Source: Naegleria gruberi (Eukaryota). From it: 2,029 nt of DNA. The stretch lies in the NCBI GenBank assembly GCA_000004985.1, contig GG739295.1. One strand, written 5' to 3'. This document shows, in pieces, positions 1 through 2,029 of the stretch; within the stretch, counting starts at the first letter, position 1; each line of letters starts with the position of its first letter. The translations under genes and the position numbers were made by a program. The notes beneath the pieces are model-generated. The model was given only the letters and a program-made list of their open reading frames with translations. It was not told where the DNA came from and made no database searches.

Positions 1-118
1 CCAGTGTTCCTACAAAGTCGTGGTCTCTCATCAATTCAGAAGCAGATACTTTGGATGGTTCCTCCACTATCTCCTTCCACTTCTTACCAGCCTTCTTTAC
101 TTTATCTTGTGATGACAT
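1..118 (-). CDS. Partial 5' coding exon of a protein-coding gene that continues beyond the left edge. The N-terminus reads MSSQDKVKKAGKKWKEIVEEPSKVSASELMRDHDFVGTL... and is basic and lysine-rich. I do not recognise the product.
   Basis: The reverse complement of 1..118 is an open frame of 39 codons from ATG (118..116) with no stop before the window edge. The start context is A-rich (aacaataaaaaaATGtca), consistent with nematode-type initiation contexts. The in-frame sequence upstream to a stop at 200..202 has no further ATG and is not protein-like, so 118 is the first plausible start. Codon usage (AAG, GAG, GGA) contrasts with the flanking AT-rich non-coding DNA. It is missing from the ORF track only because the truncated length falls below the cutoff. 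Confidence 0.45.
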   Translation of the reverse strand, partial: MSSQDKVKKAGKKWKEIVEEPSKVSASELMRDHDFVGTL

Positions 119-436
119 TTTTTTATTGTTATAACTTTGATGGATGACATTTGCAAAAAGATTGCTAAACAAGTAAACAAGTTGATGAATTAGGTTGTAT
201 TATGTTCTGTAGATTTTTAATTCGTTTACTCTGAACTCAAATTTAACTGTAAAAATTCAATCAAACTTTTGTTTTTAAAAAGACTTTGTTGTGGAGACAA
301 TTTTTTTACTTTGGTGCGCTCAAAGTGTTCGTTACATTTATGATTTTTAAATTTATATAAAACCCTAATGATTGGCTGAGGTCTGTGTTTGTAAAAAATC
401 ATGGTGTTGAGTTTTGAGCATCAGTTTTGAACAAAT

Positions 437-468
437 CAGGTCCTCGATTTTTCGATTATCAGGACCTG
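437..468. repeat. Perfect 8-bp inverted repeat caggtcct / aggacctg with a 16-nt spacer (cgatttttcgattatc), which can form a hairpin or cruciform.
   Basis: Read directly: 437-444 caggtcct and 461-468 aggacctg are exact reverse complements. The spacer itself contains a tcgatt direct duplication (444-449, 452-457). The flanking word aatcagg recurs at 434-440, 457-463 and 479-486. Confidence 0.6.
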
Positions 469-521
469 TTTTTTCAATAAATCAGGTATCAAGTTTTCAA
501 AAATTTACTTTATTAAAATTT

Positions 522-552
522 TACAAGTCGAAAAATGCACAGTCGACTTGTA
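522..552. repeat. Perfect 10-bp inverted repeat tacaagtcga / tcgacttgta with an 11-nt loop. The core includes a SalI-type palindrome gtcgac and an adjacent tacgta palindrome.
   Basis: 522-531 tacaagtcga and 543-552 tcgacttgta are exact reverse complements. tacgta lies at 551-556. Confidence 0.6.
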
Positions 553-1104
553 CGTAATGGAAGAATGGTAATAATCTTACCTTCCAACTTCCTCCAAACC
601 AGATTCCGAGCTTAATTAATTGCGAGATGATAAGTTAAGGTGAAATTACAAAGTTACTTACAATTTGTCATTATGACACGAGCTCAAGTTTTGTTTCTAT
701 CTAATTTGAAACACTAAAGACTTGACACAAATCAAGTTGCAAAGTCAAACGCTAACAATTTGGATTGTGTGAATGAATTGAATTAATCAAATAACTTACA
801 ATTACCAAATAATCAAGAATCAATTCAGAAAACTAGAGTTAACTTCCCCATATACAGGTTAGTTGACTTGTGAATTATTGATAACAAAACTTAAGTGAAA
901 CTTACCTTGATTCAGTCAAAAAAGTCATTGTTTTATGATAAGATTTATTTCTTACTGAGAATATATTGATCATCATCCAATATATTAAGTATTTAAAGGA
1001 CAACCAAACATGCCAATGCCAATTTCAAATCCAACCGAATTCCATCAATCATTCGAGATTAGTTTACTCAAATAATAATTTAATTAATGAACAAATAATC
1101 ATCA

Positions 1105-1116
1105 TTCCGATCCAAT
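1105..1116 (+). repeat. 12-bp word ttccgatccaat. This is copy 1; copy 2 is at 1569-1580.
   Basis: cattccgatccaatctaataaag at 1103-1125 versus catgttccgatccaatattcaataat at 1565-1590. The exact 12-mer is shared, and both copies are preceded by cat and followed by an AATAA-containing tail. Confidence 0.5.
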
Positions 1117-1235
1117 CTAATAAAGTAGAACAACCAACCAACATGTTGTACTCAATCACAAACGTGCTGTCAGCAATTCAATCATTTTTTTAAATGTACA
1201 TTTTCCTAAAATAGAATTGGATCATTGTCTTTGAA

Positions 1236-1253
1236 ATTGTACAAGTCGAAAAA
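1236..1253 (+). repeat. Third copy of the gtacaagtcgaaaaa word, a direct repeat of 522-535.
   Basis: attgtacaagtcgaaaaa at 1236-1253 matches ttttacaagtcgaaaaa at 519-535 over 14 consecutive bases (tacaagtcgaaaaa). Its first 11 bases gtacaagtcga equal the reverse complement of 543-553. Confidence 0.55.
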
Positions 1254-1293
1254 CCTCTCCAGAACTGCTAGCATGATGTTGATCAGATACCTC

Positions 1294-1312
1294 TTTTTCA
1301 ATAAATTAGGTG
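1294..1312 (+). repeat. Direct repeat of 470-488: tttttcaataaattaggtg versus tttttcaataaatcaggta.
   Basis: 17 of 19 positions are identical when read directly. This is part of a larger set of shared words linking 437-555 and 1236-1345. Confidence 0.5.
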
Positions 1313-1445
1313 GCTGATTTCGAATTAATTGAGACAAGGTCCTCAAATCCTGAAAATAAGGTATCTGGTACAAAGCTTGCAAATAACCTCAAGAACAATT
1401 CTGAAGCTTGTTGAAAACCATGAGAGAAAGGCTACTTGTGTTCGG

Positions 1446-1457
1446 CTCTTGCAAGAG
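1446..1457. repeat. Perfect 12-bp palindrome ctcttgcaagag.
   Basis: The sequence equals its own reverse complement. It sits in a locally GC-richer patch (ttcggctcttgcaagagaagg). Confidence 0.55.
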
Positions 1458-1568
1458 AAGGAATAGATAGAAATTGTTACATGTCCTGAATATGTAATTG
1501 TTTGCCAGTGATTACTTAGTATCAAACTATATCGTAGTGTGGTACCAACATTGTGAAAGAAATTCATG

Positions 1569-1580
1569 TTCCGATCCAAT
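1569..1580 (+). repeat. 12-bp word ttccgatccaat, copy 2. It is flanked by the 9-bp direct repeats tgtggtacc at 1537-1545 and 1590-1598.
   Basis: Read directly. Copy 2 lies inside a 44-bp segment bracketed by the two tgtggtacc copies, each of which contains a KpnI-type ggtacc palindrome. Confidence 0.5.
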
Positions 1581-1665
1581 ATTCAATAATGTGGTACCTG
1601 TTTTTCCGAAGAAGAGGTATTTGATTTTTCAAAAAGCACGATTTGGTCTGCAAAAAGAATAAATC

Positions 1666-1731
1666 TAGGTGCTAGATTTTTTGAAAAACAGCCATCTAAA
1701 TAATTATTAAATTTTTTAGGTGTTGGATTTT
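1666..1731 (+). repeat. 15-bp direct repeat taggtgctagatttt (1666-1680) and taggtgttggatttt (1717-1731). It lies ~130-200 bp upstream of the plus-strand ATG, within a region rich in T5-N-A5 elements.
   Basis: 13 of 15 positions are identical. Each copy is followed by ttga (gattttttgaaaaac / gattttgatcaaatc). Nearby are tttttcaaaaag (1625-1636), ttttttgaaaaac (1678-1690) and two agtgtttttttt copies at 1745-1756 and 1773-1785. Confidence 0.5.
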
Positions 1732-1843
1732 GATCAAATCAACCAGTGTTTTTTTTGATTTTCTGGGGTTAAAGTGTTTTTTTTTGGCTCCAGATAGGTT
1801 GTTTTTTGTAAATCCGGACCAAATCCCGTCATTAGGGATATTT

Positions 1844-1851
1844 TATATTTA
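1844..1851 (+). promoter_or_regulatory. TATA-like element tatattta, 13 bp upstream of ATG 1864.
   Basis: gggatattttatatttaatttgaaaaaagATG. The spacing to ATG 1864 is too short for a classical -30 TATA, but it would be compatible with the in-frame ATG at 1891, or with a trans-spliced transcript. Confidence 0.2.
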
Positions 1852-1863
1852 ATTTGAAAAAAG

Positions 1864-1933
1864 ATGGAAGCGAATGTATTTGCGGCTGGTATGACCGATA
1901 ATTATGAATATCCAGCAGTAAAGAATCCGGGTG
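1864..1933 (+). CDS. First coding exon of a plus-strand gene. It reads MEANVFAAGMTDNYEYPAVKNPG, then one extra base (phase 1), then a GTAAGT splice donor. The product is unknown.
   Basis: ATG at 1864 sits in the A-rich context gaaaaaagATGg. The open frame of 23 codons ends exactly at a canonical 5' splice-site consensus G|GTAAGT (1933|1934..1939). If unspliced the frame would stop two codons later (ggt aag taa). An in-frame alternative ATG lies at 1891. The codon composition is distinctly less AT-rich than the upstream DNA. Confidence 0.4.
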
Positions 1934-1939
1934 GTAAGT
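1934..1939 (+). other. Canonical 5' splice donor GTAAGT, starting an intron that continues to the right edge.
   Basis: gtaagt follows immediately after the coding frame ...aat ccg ggt g. The downstream sequence (aaacgagcatcactacaaaattctcaagaagtttggcttttttg) is AT-rich and non-coding in character. Confidence 0.4.
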
Positions 1940-2029
1940 AAACGAGCATCACTACAAAATTCTCAAGAAGTTTGGCTTTTTTGTGATCGGAATGAATTTT
2001 GATCTATTTTTGTATGATGGTTATGGTGA

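Larger units (their letters stand above)
119..1863. promoter_or_regulatory. Divergent (head-to-head) intergenic region of ~1.75 kb between the two first exons. It is a putative bidirectional promoter/regulatory region.
   Basis: The minus-strand ATG at 118 and the plus-strand ATG at 1864 point away from each other. The interval has no ORF with protein-like composition, is AT-rich with homopolymer T/A runs, and contains multiple short direct and inverted repeats typical of eukaryotic intergenic DNA. Confidence 0.4.

Noticed and set aside
466-476. ctgttttttca and ggtacctgtttttcc (1594-1606) as possible nematode piRNA (21U) upstream Ruby-motif CTGTTTCA
   Set aside because: Neither is an exact core match (extra Ts), and I cannot verify the required ~40-bp downstream spacing to a T-initiated 21-mer, so the idea is too weak to call.
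541-556. Restriction-site palindromes (gtcgac SalI, tacgta SnaBI, ggtacc KpnI at 1540 and 1593, gaattc at 1037, gctagc at 1268)
   Set aside because: Six-bp palindromes are expected at this density by chance and have no biological meaning in a eukaryotic genome, other than as the core of the longer hairpins already reported.
560-640. Possible minus-strand exon ending at a GGTAAG-type donor (cttacc at 575-580 on the plus strand)
   Set aside because: The only open frame leading into that donor (LIISQLIKLGIWFGGSWK) is 18 codons long, bounded upstream by a stop, and not protein-like. GGTAAG hexamers occur by chance at this frequency.
966-1193. 75-aa plus-strand ORF from the supplied track (MIIIQYIKYLKDNQTCQCQFQIQPNSINHSRLVYSNNNLINEQIIIIPIQSNKVEQPTNMLYSITNVLSAIQSFF)
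   Set aside because: It is extremely I/N/Q-rich and low-complexity, and it derives from the CAA/ATT-rich simple-sequence segment. It has no coding-like codon bias and no splice signals at its ends. In DNA of ~33% GC, open frames of this length arise by chance.
1398-1470. Short plus-strand ORF atgagagaaaggctacttgtgttcggctcttgcaagagaaggaatagatag (MRERLLVFGSCKRRNR*)
   Set aside because: At 16 codons with no flanking splice signals, it more likely just reflects the local GC-richer patch that contains the 12-bp palindrome.
1343-1579. 78-aa minus-strand ORF from the supplied track
   Set aside because: The translation (MDRNMNFFHNVGTTLRYSLILSNHWQTITYSGHVTISIYSFSCKSRTQVAFLSWFSTSFRIVLEVICKLCTRYLIFRI) has no recognisable domain character. 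It overlaps the repeat and palindrome features and lacks a plausible start context or splice sites, so it is most likely a chance ORF.
1565-1582. tRNA T-arm-like string gttccgatccaat
   Set aside because: It only superficially resembles the GGTTCGAnTCC T-loop consensus. No acceptor stem or anticodon arm can be folded from the surrounding sequence, and the same word recurs at 1105-1116 in a non-tRNA context.

Overview
This 2029-bp window is AT-rich (roughly one-third GC) and looks eukaryotic, most plausibly nematode-like. The evidence is A-rich AAAA-ATG start contexts, a canonical GTAAGT 5' splice donor, T/A homopolymer runs, and the absence of any long ORF. It reads best as a ~1.75 kb divergent (head-to-head) intergenic/promoter region flanked by two partial first coding exons. 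On the minus strand an exon starts at ATG 118..116 and runs off the left edge (MSSQDKVKKAGKKWKEIVEEPSKVSASELMRDHDFVGTL...). On the plus strand an exon starts at ATG 1864 (MEANVFAAGMTDNYEYPAVKNPG) and ends at a GTAAGT donor at 1934. The two ORFs in the supplied track are low-complexity translations of AT-rich DNA and are most likely spurious. I see no prokaryotic-style operon, CRISPR array, rRNA or tRNA, and no multi-gene system. The interesting content is non-coding. Two ~110-bp blocks of shared short sequence words (approx 437-555 and 1236-1345, in apparently inverted orientation) sit ~680 bp apart, each built around strong hairpin-forming palindromes (caggtcct/aggacctg; tacaagtcga/tcgacttgta with a SalI core). 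There are also a duplicated 12-mer ttccgatccaat, a perfect 12-bp palindrome ctcttgcaagag, and a 15-bp direct repeat taggtgNtNgatttt upstream of the plus-strand gene. These could be cis-regulatory modules of a bidirectional promoter or the decayed ends of a small foldback/MITE-like element. A repeat-library search and cross-species alignment would distinguish the two.
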